A stretch of 64,000 bases of DNA from NCBI GenBank assembly GCA_965248055.1, contig CBDFIJ010000004.1, forward strand, positions 1,184,001 through 1,248,000, in the 5' to 3' direction. This DNA comes from Candidatus Multivoradales bacterium (GTDB lineage: Bacteria > Acidobacteriota > Thermoanaerobaculia > Multivoradales > JAHEKO01). A program made the translations under genes and the position numbers. The first letter of the stretch is position 1. The number at the start of each line of letters is the position of its first letter. The notes below the pieces were generated by a model. The model worked only from the letters and a program-made list of their open reading frames with translations, had not been told where the DNA came from and made no database searches. Below, piece by piece: positions 1-12,239 of this stretch.

Positions 1-2
1 TC

Positions 3-233
3 GTGATCGGCTGTTTGGTGGGGGCGCTGCACCGTTGGCTTCCCGGCAATCGACCGAGTTGGTCGACAGCACTCGCTGGAGGTGCATTAGGAGCACTTCT
101 CGGGGGTCTGCTGGCAACCGTCCTGGGAATCGGTGGACTGGCAGTTTTCGATCCCCGTAGCGCGATCGTCGCCTTTCTTGCCGCGCTGATCATTCTTAAC
201 GGCCAGCGATTTTTTCTGGCCCGACGTCGATGA
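3..233 (+). CDS. GlsB/YeaQ/YmgE-like (transglycosylase-associated) small membrane protein, probably 5'-truncated by the window edge
   Basis: Gly-rich hydrophobic pattern GALGALLGGLLA...SAIVAFLAALIIL; stop overlaps next start (ATGA at 230-233). Confidence 0.6.
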   Translation: MIGCLVGALHRWLPGNRPSWSTALAGGALGALLGGLLATVLGIGGLAVFDPRSAIVAFLAALIILNGQRFFLARRR

Positions 234-3200
234 AGTTGCCGCTGGCATTGACTCGACCCAGTTTGATCGTCGGAATCACGCTGTTGCCGACACTGGTCAC
301 GGCCTTCGCTGGTATCGGTTGCCGGAGCGAGACAGATCCCACCGAGTCAGCCATTCTCGCCCGCTCGGGCTACGCACAGTTGGAGAACGAAGAGCCTGCA
401 GCCGCTGCAGAAACATTCGCCGAGTTGGTCGAACTCTTGCCTGCGGACCCTCTACCTCACGGTAATTTGGCACTCAGCTTGTTGCGCTCGGAACGTCCCG
501 AAGAAGCACTGGCGGCGATTCAAGTCGGTCTCAAACGATTTCCCGAGCACCCCAAATTGCTGGCGATTCTGGCCACGGTTCAACAATGGCTGGGCGAGTC
601 GGACGCCGCCCTGGCAGCATCAGCCCAAGCGGCAAACCTTGCGCCAGAGAGCCCGGAGATTCAATTCTCGCTGTATCGCATAGCCGATCAATTGAGCGCC
701 GAGCCCCAGCGCTCTCAGGCGCTCGATCGATTGGTGCAACTGCGACCCGAGAATCTGGTGGTGCTTCTCAGTCTGGGAAAGACCGCGCTCGCCCAAGCGG
801 ACGGCTCGGGAGACGCTCGCGCCCAAGCAACCCGCGCCTATCTGAGGACACGAGAACTCGCCTGGGACAACCCCGACGCGACAACCGTCTTGGAACGCCT
901 ACTCCAAGCACTGAGCGACAACGACCTAGACGCGGCCCGAACCCCATCGATCCAACTGGAAAACCTGCTCAAAATCACTCCTGCCTATAGACAGAGTCTG
1001 CGCGAACTCGACACCGGCATCCAGGGCATCCCGATTCGCAATCTGGACCTTGCCACCGATCCTTTGCCGGCTGCCCCTCCTCTAGCTCTTTCTTTCGATA
1101 CCCAACCGCTGCTTAGCGATCCTCAGTCTGGGGTCGCTGCGAGTTTTTTTTCAGGTGATACCCCCGATTGGGTCGCGCTCTCGCCGACCGGAGACCTCGC
1201 AACCATCCAAAACGAAGCCACACGCGCAGGAGAGAGTGGAAGTGGAGCTACGCTGTCTTTGGTCGACGTCAACAACGACGGCTTTGCCGACGCGATCGTT
1301 TCAGGATCGACGGGAGTTCAGATTTCCCTAGGAGATGGGAAAGGGCAGTTCGACGAGTGGTCCGCCTTCGGAATCGAAGTTGAGCAAGGTTCTGAAGTGG
1401 CGGCAATCGACTTCGACATTGAGGGAGATCTCGACTTGGCGGTAGCGACTGCCAGCGGAGTCCGGCTGTTTCAGAACACACTGACCGGACCTCTGGCTGA
1501 GATTACCGAGCATTCCAAGGGACTCGATGACGGGGTACCGGTGGGACGACTGCTTTCTGTGGATCTCGACAGCGACGGTGACCTTGACCTGGTTGGTTCT
1601 CAGCCGGGGAGAGTCGTTTGGTGGTCCAATCTGCGACAAGGTGAATTCCGTCTTGAGATCATCGCCCCCTTGGAGGCGACCGCGTTGGCAGTGGGAGACC
1701 TCGATAACGACCATCAATTCGAGCTGGTTGTTGCCGGTCCGGACACCATCGAAATCTTCAGCCACAGCGATCAGGGCTTCTTCTCGTCAGCGACAATGCC
1801 GGCTTCTGGGATTCGCGATCTGGCGATCGGCGATCTCGACGCGGACGGTCGATTTGACCTAGTGGCAGCCGGAGCAAATGGCGTCCAGTTGTGGCAAAAC
1901 ACCGACTCCGACTTTCTCGCTCCGATGTCCATATTCAGTGACCCCGCTTCAGCGCTGCTCTTGGTTGACGACGACCGCGACTGCGACCTCGACATCTTGG
2001 TCGCCGGAAAAACCGGTCTCAACCGCTTGGAGACCCAGACCGAGACCCAGTACCACTGCCTGCGCGTGCGATTGCGTGGACTCACCGAAGGCAGTTCCAA
2101 GAACAATGTGCTGGGCCTCGGCACCTTGGTCGAAGTTTCGGTCGGCGACCGTACCCTGACCGCAGAAGCCGCCGCTGAGGAAACCTTCTTCGGTCTGGGG
2201 GAAGGCTCGACGGCCGATTTGCTGCGTGTGGTTTGGACCAACGGGGTGCCGCAAAACCGGTTTCAACTCGCTGCGGATGCCACCGTAGTAGAAGAACAGT
2301 TGCTCAAAGGAAGTTGCCCATTTCTTTACGCTTGGGATGGCAGCCAATTCAGCTTCGTCACCGACCTGTTGTGGGGATCACCGATGGGATTACCTGTTGC
2401 GCCCGGCATGTGGGCGGAGGCCGATCCCAGCGAACTGGTTCACATTCCAGGAGCGGTGCCGGTGGATGGCACGCTCGACCTGCGCATCACCGAAGAGCTT
2501 TGGGAAGCAGCGTTCTTCGACCACCTGCGGTTATGGGTGGTCGAAGTCGAAGACGATCTTGAAGTAACCACCAGCCTCAAGATTCTGCCCGGCCAATCGA
2601 CCCCAGAGCTAGTACACGCCACCCGTCAAGTACGACCAGTGGTCGCCGCGACCGACGCCCAAGGAAGAGACGTTACGGCACAGCTCAGGAGCCGCGATCA
2701 GGTCTACGCCGACGGCTGGACCAAGAGCCCCTATCAAGGTGTGCCGGCCGAGCCGTGGACGATGGAGTTCGATCTTGGCGAACTTGGTGTCGAGGCGACC
2801 TCCGCTCCGTCGATTCGTTTACTCCTCGACGGTTGGATCTTCCCCTCGGACGCTAGCCTGAATCTGGCGGTCGGCCAACGCACCGATCTCAGCGTTCACG
2901 GACCGCGCCTGGAAATCCTCCATCAAGGTCAGTGGCAGCTTTTGGTTGACCAGGTTGGCTTCCCCGCAGGCAAGACCAAAACCATGGTGGTCGATCTACC
3001 TCCGCTGCCAGCGGGCGCTCACCGCCTACGCTTAGTCGCGGCCCAGTGGCTGTCTTTCGACCGGATCGCTTGGAGCAGCCAAACCGCCGACGACGAGGTG
3101 AAAGTCGTTCGACGCGCAACTCCCAATTCAGCCCAGCTTCGTTCGCGGGGCTTCTCGCGTTTGGTACGCCAAGCCCCCAACGCACCTCATACCTATGACT

Positions 3201-3571
3201 ATCAAGTGGTCGAGTCCCGCGCCCCCTGGATCCCGTTCCCCGGGCGCTACACCTCTTACGGCGAGGTCTCCGAACTATTGGAGCACGCCGACGACCAATC
3301 CGTGATCCTCGCTGCCGGTGACGAAATGAGAGTTCTGTTCGATCTCACCGACCTACCAGAGCCCGCCCACGGTTATCGCTACCAATACTTCCTCGAAAGC
3401 CACGGCTGGGACAAAGACGCCGATCGCAACACCTATCAAGCAGCCCAGGTGGAACCGCTACCCTTCCGCGCAATGTCCGGCTACCCCTTCGCGCCTGGAG
3501 AAGAATTCCCCGACACTGCTGAGATGCGGGACTATCGGAAGCGCTGGCTGACGCGCGAGCTCGCGCGTTGA
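230..3571 (+). CDS. TPR + FG-GAP repeat + ASPIC/UnbV domain (CRTAC1-like) exported protein, possible lipoprotein
   Basis: N-terminal TPR-like helices, multiple DxDxDGDLD FG-GAP motifs, UnbV-type FGLG...LRVVWTNG segment, C-terminal GSCPFLYAWDG domain; possible lipobox GIGC. Confidence 0.85.
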   Translation: MKLPLALTRPSLIVGITLLPTLVTAFAGIGCRSETDPTESAILARSGYAQLENEEPAAAAETFAELVELLPADPLPHGNLALSLLRSERPEEALAAIQVGLKRFPEHPKLLAILATVQQWLGESDAALAASAQAANLAPESPEIQFSLYRIADQLSAEPQRSQALDRLVQLRPENLVVLLSLGKTALAQADGSGDARAQATRAYLRTRELAWDNPDATTVLERLLQALSDNDLDAARTPSIQLENLLKITPAYRQSLRELDTGIQGIPIRNLDLATDPLPAAPPLALSFDTQPLLSDPQSGVAASFFSGDTPDWVALSPTGDLATIQNEATRAGESGSGATLSLVDVNNDGFADAIVSGSTGVQISLGDGKGQFDEWSAFGIEVEQGSEVAAIDFDIEGDLDLAVATASGVRLFQNTLTGPLAEITEHSKGLDDGVPVGRLLSVDLDSDGDLDLVGSQPGRVVWWSNLRQGEFRLEIIAPLEATALAVGDLDNDHQFELVVAGPDTIEIFSHSDQGFFSSATMPASGIRDLAIGDLDADGRFDLVAAGANGVQLWQNTDSDFLAPMSIFSDPASALLLVDDDRDCDLDILVAGKTGLNRLETQTETQYHCLRVRLRGLTEGSSKNNVLGLGTLVEVSVGDRTLTAEAAAEETFFGLGEGSTADLLRVVWTNGVPQNRFQLAADATVVEEQLLKGSCPFLYAWDGSQFSFVTDLLWGSPMGLPVAPGMWAEADPSELVHIPGAVPVDGTLDLRITEELWEAAFFDHLRLWVVEVEDDLEVTTSLKILPGQSTPELVHATRQVRPVVAATDAQGRDVTAQLRSRDQVYADGWTKSPYQGVPAEPWTMEFDLGELGVEATSAPSIRLLLDGWIFPSDASLNLAVGQRTDLSVHGPRLEILHQGQWQLLVDQVGFPAGKTKTMVVDLPPLPAGAHRLRLVAAQWLSFDRIAWSSQTADDEVKVVRRATPNSAQLRSRGFSRLVRQAPNAPHTYDYQVVESRAPWIPFPGRYTSYGEVSELLEHADDQSVILAAGDEMRVLFDLTDLPEPAHGYRYQYFLESHGWDKDADRNTYQAAQVEPLPFRAMSGYPFAPGEEFPDTAEMRDYRKRWLTRELAR

Positions 3572-3939
3572 TCTCGGTCACATAGTCAAACCCACATCGT
3601 CTCCGACCCGATGAGCTTCTTGTTGCGTCCACCCTCTTGAGAGTCCACGTTGTGGCTTCTCTCTCAGGGGAAGGGCTTGCCCCCTCCCGCTGCCTTTTCT
3701 TCGTTGAACACGATGCCTCGAAATCGCCACACTGTTGGGCACGAGCATTGCAATAGATAGTTTCCGCCTCAACTACCTCCTTCTGGGGCAGGGGTGGTCG
3801 GCCCGCCAGCTGGCCACCCCAAGCTTTTTTCTGCCAACCAACAGAGCCCCGAAGATTCGAGCGGAATCAAGCCGTTGTGACCTAGACTGCGTATTCAGCA
3901 GCGGTCTGCCCAAGCTTGGGTAACACTTTGGAGGTCACT

Positions 3940-4620
3940 ATGTCGGCTAAGTTCCACCGAAGTCTGTTTCAGTTCTTGAAGGAGCTAGAAGCCAACAACA
4001 ATCGGGACTGGTTTAACCAGAACAAATCCAGATATGAAGATGTGTTGGTGGATCCATCGCTCTCTTTCATCTCAGCGTTTGGTCCCCAGCTGAAGAAAAT
4101 CAGCCCGCACTTTGACGCCATTCCCAAGAAAACCGGTGGCTCACTATTTCGCATCTATCGCGATACCCGATTCGGTAAAGACAAGACCCCGTACAAGACC
4201 CACGTTGGCATCCACTTCCGGCACAAGCGAGCCAAGGACGCCCACGCACCTGGGTTCTATCTTCATCTTCATCCAACCGGGAGTTTCATCGGTGCCGGGA
4301 TCTGGCGTCCAGATGGGCCGTCTTTGAGAAAGATTCGAGAGGCAATCGACGCTGACCCTACAGGGTGGCGTCGCGCCACCGGCAAGCGATTCCACGAGTC
4401 TCTTAGTTTGGCGGGCGACTCGCTGGTCCGGCCACCCAAGGGGTACGACCCCGACCATCCGTTGATCGACGACCTCAAGCGCAAGGATTTCATCGCCACC
4501 CGCAATATTCCCCAAAAGATGGTCTTAGCCGATGATTTGGTCAGCCAGTTCGCCGCCCAATGTCGAGAAGCCAAAAATTTGGTCAAGTTTCTGTGTGGTG
4601 CTTTGGACGTCGAGTTCTAG
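3940..4620 (+). CDS. DUF2461 / TIGR02453 family protein
   Basis: NNNRDWF...FRIYRDTRFGKDKTPYKT and PKGYDPDHP motifs; GGAGG upstream of ATG 3940. Confidence 0.9.
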   Translation: MSAKFHRSLFQFLKELEANNNRDWFNQNKSRYEDVLVDPSLSFISAFGPQLKKISPHFDAIPKKTGGSLFRIYRDTRFGKDKTPYKTHVGIHFRHKRAKDAHAPGFYLHLHPTGSFIGAGIWRPDGPSLRKIREAIDADPTGWRRATGKRFHESLSLAGDSLVRPPKGYDPDHPLIDDLKRKDFIATRNIPQKMVLADDLVSQFAAQCREAKNLVKFLCGALDVEF

Positions 4621-4656
4621 GGATACGAAGACGGACAGAGCGGCTTAAGCCGCGGA

Positions 4657-4994
4657 AGATCCCGGCTCCCCTCCCTCTCCACCGCCGGGATGACGAGGTG
4701 TTTGAGCTGCCTCCGCCGAGATCACGAAGAACGAAGAACTTCCGACCCCGACCAAGTCATTCCCGTAGGGCAGGGGTTTGGTGGTCGGGAATCTTTCTGA
4801 TCTAGGTAACAGATCCCGGCCCCCCTCCCTCCCCACCGCCGGGATGACGAGTTGGCGTCAAGATAACCATCCCTACATCATCCCGCCAACCTCTAGGCAT
4901 CCTGAGTGAGGGTGAAGCCCGAATCGAAGGATCTCGATGGTGGGGAGGTTGAGATCCTTCGACTCCGCTGCAATGCAGCTCCGCTCAGGATGAC
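4657..4994. repeat. Cluster of REP-like imperfect palindromes (GTCATCC...GGATCT family)
   Basis: AGATCCCGGC...CCGGGATGAC at 4657 and 4811, inverted GTCATTCCCG...CGGGAATCT at 4756, and CATCCTGAG...GAAGGATCTC / GAGATCCTTCG...CTCAGGATGAC pair; lies between convergent genes. Confidence 0.8.
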
Positions 4995-5009
4995 CGAGAA
5001 AGGAATCGC

Positions 5010-7079
<2,070 letters not shown>

Positions 7080-7081
7080 TC

Positions 7082-8272
7082 ATGTCACTCAAACCAGAAC
7101 AGCTCCCGGCAATCCAAGAAGCCCTCCAACAGCAGGACCTGGATGGCTGGTTCCTCTCCTGCTTTCAGCACAATGACCCCGTCAGCCTCGACCTGTTGGG
7201 GCTAGCTGACAAAGACCTGGTGTCCCGTCGCTGTTATTACTTGATCCCGGCGCACAGTGAGCCCAGACGGTTGTGTCATGGCCTGGAGCCAGCAATGTTG
7301 GATCAGATGCCTGGATCGATCCATTTCTACACCACCTGGCGTCAGCACGAAGACGCCCTGACCGAGTTGCTTTCCGGAATGAAGCGAGTTGCCGCGCACT
7401 ACAGCCCGGAGAACCAAATCCCGACCATCTCCCGCCTCGACGCCGGCACCGCCGAGTTTCTGACCAACCGAGGCATCGAGTTGGTGTCCGCCGCCGACTT
7501 GGCACAACAATTTGTCGCGGTGTGGAGCATGGAGCAGTTACAGAGCCATCGCCGCGCAGCCACGCATCTGCACCAAATCGTGTTGTTGGCCTTCGATCAG
7601 ATCTCCCAAGCTCTCCGTAGCGAGCAGGCAATCGATGAGTACGCGGTGCAGAGATTTATTCTCGACCAATTCGCCAATCGAGGCCTAATTAACGAGGCCG
7701 ACCCCATCGTTGGCGTCAATCGTCACGCCGCCGATCCCCACTACCAACCCGGCCCAGATCACAGCTCTCCGATCACCCCCGGAGACTTTGTCTTGATCGA
7801 TCTTTGGGCCAAGGAAGCAGCGCCGGGATCAATCTATGGTGACATCACCTGGTGCGGCGTCGCTGCGGCCACGCCCACCGACCGCCACCAAGAAATCTTC
7901 ACCATCGTGCGCGATGCGCGCGACGCAGGAGCGGCACTGGTTCAGTCCCGCTACCCGCATACCCCGGTCGCCGGCTATGAAGTTGATGACGCAACCAGAA
8001 AGGTCATCGACAACGCTGGATACGGTGACTACTTCATCCACCGCACCGGTCACTCAATCGGCGTCACCGACCACGGCCCGGGAGCCAACATCGACAACTT
8101 TGAAACCCACGACACCCGGCTGCTGTTGCCGATGACCGGCTTCTCTATCGAGCCCGGAATCTACCTACCCGAAGAATTCGGCGTGCGCTTGGAAATCGGC
8201 ATTGCCTTGACGCCAGAGGGGGCGGAGATCACCGGGGGTGAACCACAGCGGGAATTGATCCGGCTAGTTTGA
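7082..8272 (+). CDS. M24 family (Xaa-Pro) aminopeptidase
   Basis: DLWAK...GDITW, HRTGHSIG, FSIEPGIY, GVRLE metal-ligand motifs. Confidence 0.92.
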   Translation: MSLKPEQLPAIQEALQQQDLDGWFLSCFQHNDPVSLDLLGLADKDLVSRRCYYLIPAHSEPRRLCHGLEPAMLDQMPGSIHFYTTWRQHEDALTELLSGMKRVAAHYSPENQIPTISRLDAGTAEFLTNRGIELVSAADLAQQFVAVWSMEQLQSHRRAATHLHQIVLLAFDQISQALRSEQAIDEYAVQRFILDQFANRGLINEADPIVGVNRHAADPHYQPGPDHSSPITPGDFVLIDLWAKEAAPGSIYGDITWCGVAAATPTDRHQEIFTIVRDARDAGAALVQSRYPHTPVAGYEVDDATRKVIDNAGYGDYFIHRTGHSIGVTDHGPGANIDNFETHDTRLLLPMTGFSIEPGIYLPEEFGVRLEIGIALTPEGAEITGGEPQRELIRLV

Positions 8273-8419
8273 CGGGATGCTTGATCGGCGAGAACCCTTA
8301 CTACCAGGCCGATCGCATGCAAAATCACGCCTAGAGCTGAAGGCTCATGCGACGAAACTGGCGAGTGCGCCACCCTGTAGTGCTACTGCCAGCTTCGACC
8401 TGCAGAAAGGACTGTCGAG

Positions 8420-10828
8420 CTAGCTTTTGACCTTTGCCTCCAGTAACAACCGCCGGAATTCCGGCTCATCACGGAGGTTCGCCAAGTCAGAGTCATTCTC
8501 GGCATGGTGGATACCGTCGTAACCTGAGGCGAGAGCCCGTTTCAGCCAGTTGAGGGCTTGGTCGCTCTCTCCCAACATCGCGTAACCGCAGGCAATATTG
8601 TAAGCAGAGGTTCCCGGCCGGTATCCAAGATCGTGAGCCTTCTTAAATGATATAATCGCGTCCGCGAATTGTCGGGAATGGTGCTGACTCCACGCGAGGT
8701 TATTCCAACCACGACCGCTTTCCGGCTGGCGAGCGACCCAATCACTGTAGTACTCCACCGCGGGCGCCCACATTTCAGGTGAGTATTCGAGGTTATCGTT
8801 CTTCTCTTTCTTGTGATTCTCCCTCCACCGTCGCTGGCGAAAGCGATCGAGGTCGAGAGCATCAGCTAGCTCGGCAATCGGCTGAAAAGCAGGAGAACCC
8901 CGGAGGTTCGCGAGATCGGGATCCTGCCGCATGTGCTGAGGATTACTGAAGCCAGTCTCGACCGCTTGTCGGAGCGTGCTTGCCGCTTGGCTGATGTCCC
9001 CAGCCAGCGAGTAGGTGCAAGCCAGATTGTAGAGCGCAGAATCGCTATCTTCGCCCGAGGTGCGTGCGGCCTGGGTGAGCGCGTACTCAGCATCATCGAG
9101 AAGCCGTAGGCTCAAGAGATCAGAACCGACTTCGTACCAAGCGTCGCCGTCCGAAGAACTGTTCTCTCGCAGAACCTCGAAGTTCTCCACCGTACTTCTC
9201 AGCCGATAGTCCTTGAGCGGCCGCCGATGCTTGTCGCTCTCTAAGAAGTTCTCATCGACCAGCTTCTGAAATCGGTTGTCACTGCGAATAGGGTCGAAAT
9301 CACTGTCATGGGCAAGATGACGAGGATCATCCCAACCGGAGTCCAACGACCGTCGAAGTAGCTCTAGAGCAAGATCAGTATTGCCCGCCAACGAAGCACT
9401 GCAAGCCCCGTTGTAGTAGGAGGCCGTTGGCCGGTAGCCCGCTTCTGCAGATCCTCGATAGGCCTGGGCTGCCTCGGCAAACCGATTGTCTTCGTAGAAT
9501 TCCTGGCCTTGCTGGTATCCCTCATCAGAGGATTTGTAGGCTTGGTGACCGGCTTTCTCGCCGAGCCGTTTCTTCTGTTGGCGACGCTGGCTCTCTGTTT
9601 GCCGCGTGGGCGCCTTGCGGCCTCCAGGTGTGCTCGGAAGCGCTGAGTCGAGTCCGCCGAATACCAAACTGGCTCCGCCAAAGAAACTCGGCTCAAAGGA
9701 TCGATCCACCTCAGCTTGAGACGGCGTCGACAATTGAACTCCAGCAAAAGATGCAACCAGCACCACACTGACGACAGCCAAGAGGGCTATTGCAACGCGC
9801 CGAACCGGCGAGCGACGTTGGTTGGAGTCGAGGATGGCGACGAGACGAGACTTTAGATTTGATGGATTAAGCATAGCGAGAGACACCTCCGGTGATTCGT
9901 AGGGGTGGAACCCCTGGGCAAGAGTCAGCAGTTCTTTGGCGTAAGCAGAAGGTGCCTCGCCTGCGAGTAGCACGGTGTTGTCAGCAGCCCTCTCCGCTTC
10001 GCGGCGGGCCCAAAAATGAAGCCCCCAAACAAGGGGATGAAACCAGAAAACAACTGTCGCCAAGTGACCGACAAGAGTAGTCCAACCATCCCTGCGATGA
10101 AGGTGCGCGACCTCGTGCAACAGCACTCGGCGCAGCCGCGTCTCAGACCACGACCCACGATCAACCGGGAGCAAGACAAATTCATTGCCAAAGGTAGAAG
10201 CAAGAGGAATCGAAATCCTCTCGCTCTCCCTTAAACCGGGACGTTTGCGGTAACCGACCTGACGGCAAGCGCACTCAAGTACGCTCTGGGGCCGCGATTC
10301 AAGGATCTCCCGGCTGGTCCGGTACAGCGTGTGGAGCGCACCAAATTTGCGCCCTAGACGGACAAGAAGCAGCGCACTGACAACCACCCATGAAACCAGA
10401 ATGATCGTGCCAAGGGGCGCATCCCACCGCACTGAGCCGCGGCCTTCCGGCGATGAGCGAACTGCGGAGCCGGGCTCTGTCCCCACTTCGAGGCTCTTCG
10501 TCGGCACAACTCGATCGCGGTGCTTCGCAGCTCCACTAGTCGCAACAGTCGCCTTCGCCAAAGTCGGCCTGGCGGTGGAACTAAGGACAGCTCTGGCGCT
10601 GGAATTCGTTTTCGGAGGGAGCAGATTTGGACCATCAAACGATGGAACCCACAAGGTCAACAGCGGCAGAACCAAAACGCCAGCCAGCGTCAGGGCCAAC
10701 ACTAAATGCCTCTGTGCTGCGGAACATCGCCGTAACAAAGACCATAAGAGAAAAGGGCAACAACACCAGACAGTAACCTTCAGGAGAAGCACTGTGATGT
10801 CGAAAGGAAAGTCAGTGAAAGACATCAA
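8420..10828 (-). CDS. BlaR1/MecR1-like M56 metallopeptidase with C-terminal TPR-type repeats
   Basis: LLHEVAHLHRRD, FWFHPLVW, EAERAADN M56 motifs; three YNxAC...D(S/P)D(F/L)xx(I/L)R repeats; overlaps blaI-like gene (ATGA). Confidence 0.92.
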   Translation of the reverse strand: MMSFTDFPFDITVLLLKVTVWCCCPFLLWSLLRRCSAAQRHLVLALTLAGVLVLPLLTLWVPSFDGPNLLPPKTNSSARAVLSSTARPTLAKATVATSGAAKHRDRVVPTKSLEVGTEPGSAVRSSPEGRGSVRWDAPLGTIILVSWVVVSALLLVRLGRKFGALHTLYRTSREILESRPQSVLECACRQVGYRKRPGLRESERISIPLASTFGNEFVLLPVDRGSWSETRLRRVLLHEVAHLHRRDGWTTLVGHLATVVFWFHPLVWGLHFWARREAERAADNTVLLAGEAPSAYAKELLTLAQGFHPYESPEVSLAMLNPSNLKSRLVAILDSNQRRSPVRRVAIALLAVVSVVLVASFAGVQLSTPSQAEVDRSFEPSFFGGASLVFGGLDSALPSTPGGRKAPTRQTESQRRQQKKRLGEKAGHQAYKSSDEGYQQGQEFYEDNRFAEAAQAYRGSAEAGYRPTASYYNGACSASLAGNTDLALELLRRSLDSGWDDPRHLAHDSDFDPIRSDNRFQKLVDENFLESDKHRRPLKDYRLRSTVENFEVLRENSSSDGDAWYEVGSDLLSLRLLDDAEYALTQAARTSGEDSDSALYNLACTYSLAGDISQAASTLRQAVETGFSNPQHMRQDPDLANLRGSPAFQPIAELADALDLDRFRQRRWRENHKKEKNDNLEYSPEMWAPAVEYYSDWVARQPESGRGWNNLAWSQHHSRQFADAIISFKKAHDLGYRPGTSAYNIACGYAMLGESDQALNWLKRALASGYDGIHHAENDSDLANLRDEPEFRRLLLEAKVKS

Positions 10829-11211
10829 CGACCCTCTTTCCTTGCCCTCTCGATCAGCCCGGTGATTTCGTCAAGCTCCTCACGGGTCAGATCATCGGCG
10901 TTATCTCGGATAAGCGAACTGACGATCTGCGCCGGAGAAGCGTCGAAGAACGTCTTCAGAAGATGGTCCAGCGCTTTGGCGCGGGCTCGCCTTGGTTCGA
11001 CGGTTGGCTGATAAGTGTAGCGGTTCCCGTCAAATTCATGGGTCAAATGACCCTTCGACTCAAGAATTGACAGGGTACTGCGAACGGCGGAATAGCTGGG
11101 AGGATCCGGTAATTCCGCAAGCACCTCCGAAACGGTGGCCACTCCTTTGCGATAGATAATGTCCATAACCTCCCGCTCTCGGCGGCTGTACGGTTTATTG
11201 TCGTTCGCCAT
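10825..11211 (-). CDS. BlaI/MecI/CopY family transcriptional repressor
   Basis: SRREREVMDIIY...SYSAVRSTLSILESKGHL winged helix; directly upstream of the M56 gene. Confidence 0.95.
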   Translation of the reverse strand: MANDNKPYSRREREVMDIIYRKGVATVSEVLAELPDPPSYSAVRSTLSILESKGHLTHEFDGNRYTYQPTVEPRRARAKALDHLLKTFFDASPAQIVSSLIRDNADDLTREELDEITGLIERARKEGR

Positions 11212-11243
11212 TGGCAGGAGCTCGTAGCGTAGTCACGCGGAAG

Positions 11244-11297
11244 TGCTGATATTTCAGCATCTGTAGAAAAAATAGCACTCCCTTGGGCCACAGTCAA
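11244..11297 (-). promoter_or_regulatory. Putative sigma70 promoter and tandem operator for the blaI-like/M56 operon
   Basis: Minus strand TTGACT (11297-11292), 17 bp spacer, TGcTATTTT extended -10; palindrome TGCTGA-N4-TCAGCA (11244-11259) and a degenerate copy (11262-11277) overlapping the -10. Confidence 0.65.
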
Positions 11298-11417
11298 GAG
11301 ATGACTCGCATTCCGATCTCCCTCTGCCCACATTCATCATGGGTTGCCATGCAGCCTTCATTCGTTAAGAGGCCTTGAGCGTCATCGACTCACGATTGAC
11401 GAGTCTCTGCACCCTGA

Positions 11418-12239
11418 CTAGTTGCGCCACCTGGCACCGACTAGGAGCCACAGCCGCATGAGAATGCCTAGTCCAACCGTATCTTTGGAAGTTCCGCGAT
11501 CGAGTCGTTGATTTGCATCGTAGATGTAGCCAACGAACCTACTCCATGGCTTACTGACTGGCACCAGGTCGACAACTGCAGCGGGTCGAGCAGCCTTCCC
11601 AAATCTCCAATCCTCAGCCCTGGCCAGGACTAGCGACAATGCATGCGCCAGACCGTTCGTCAGCCGCTGCTCCCCGGTTTCTGAATCAACTACCTCGGCC
11701 ATTGCCCTAGCGATCGAATCCATCCTCGCCCGGTCAAGGCTGGACCTGATCGCCACGGCGCGCACCCGATCAAAGAACCCATCCCAGGCCTCGCGGTTCC
11801 AAGGCTTTCGCTCCTCTTCACTAGCAATTAGCAGGTAGGCCGGCTGTCCGCGGGGGTTGCGGTCTAGAGCTTCTTCCAGCTCGAACTGCAGGCGATTGAG
11901 CGCTGCCATGCGTTCGCCTTCGACTCCAGGCTGGAGTGCAAAGTCGATGCAGGTCCGGGTCAGGGTTAGGGCCGCTTGCAAGCGTCGCCGGGGTGCCGCG
12001 CCCACCAGCAGCAAAGCCGGAGCGAAGTCCCCCAGCCAAGCTCGGGTGACCTCGGCGCATAATCGCTCTGCTTGCTCCAGTGATAGATCATCTTCGGGCG
12101 CCTCGATGTGGTCGGCGAGACGCGCGTGACGACTCCCCAGCAAGCCACGATCACCCTCCCTCGGCGGTCGGTCGTCACACACGTCCGGTCCGGGGTGGCT
12201 GGCTAGTTTCCTGGCCCCTTTGAGTAGATTTTCGCGCAT
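11418..12239 (-). CDS. Degenerate squalene/phytoene synthase (HpnC-like) fold protein
   Basis: SLEQAERLCAEVTRAW..DF...RTCIDFALQ...ERMAALNRLQFELEEAL...P pattern parallels the HpnC N-terminal half, but the DDxxD motif is absent. Confidence 0.5.
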   Translation of the reverse strand: MRENLLKGARKLASHPGPDVCDDRPPREGDRGLLGSRHARLADHIEAPEDDLSLEQAERLCAEVTRAWLGDFAPALLLVGAAPRRRLQAALTLTRTCIDFALQPGVEGERMAALNRLQFELEEALDRNPRGQPAYLLIASEEERKPWNREAWDGFFDRVRAVAIRSSLDRARMDSIARAMAEVVDSETGEQRLTNGLAHALSLVLARAEDWRFGKAARPAAVVDLVPVSKPWSRFVGYIYDANQRLDRGTSKDTVGLGILMRLWLLVGARWRN

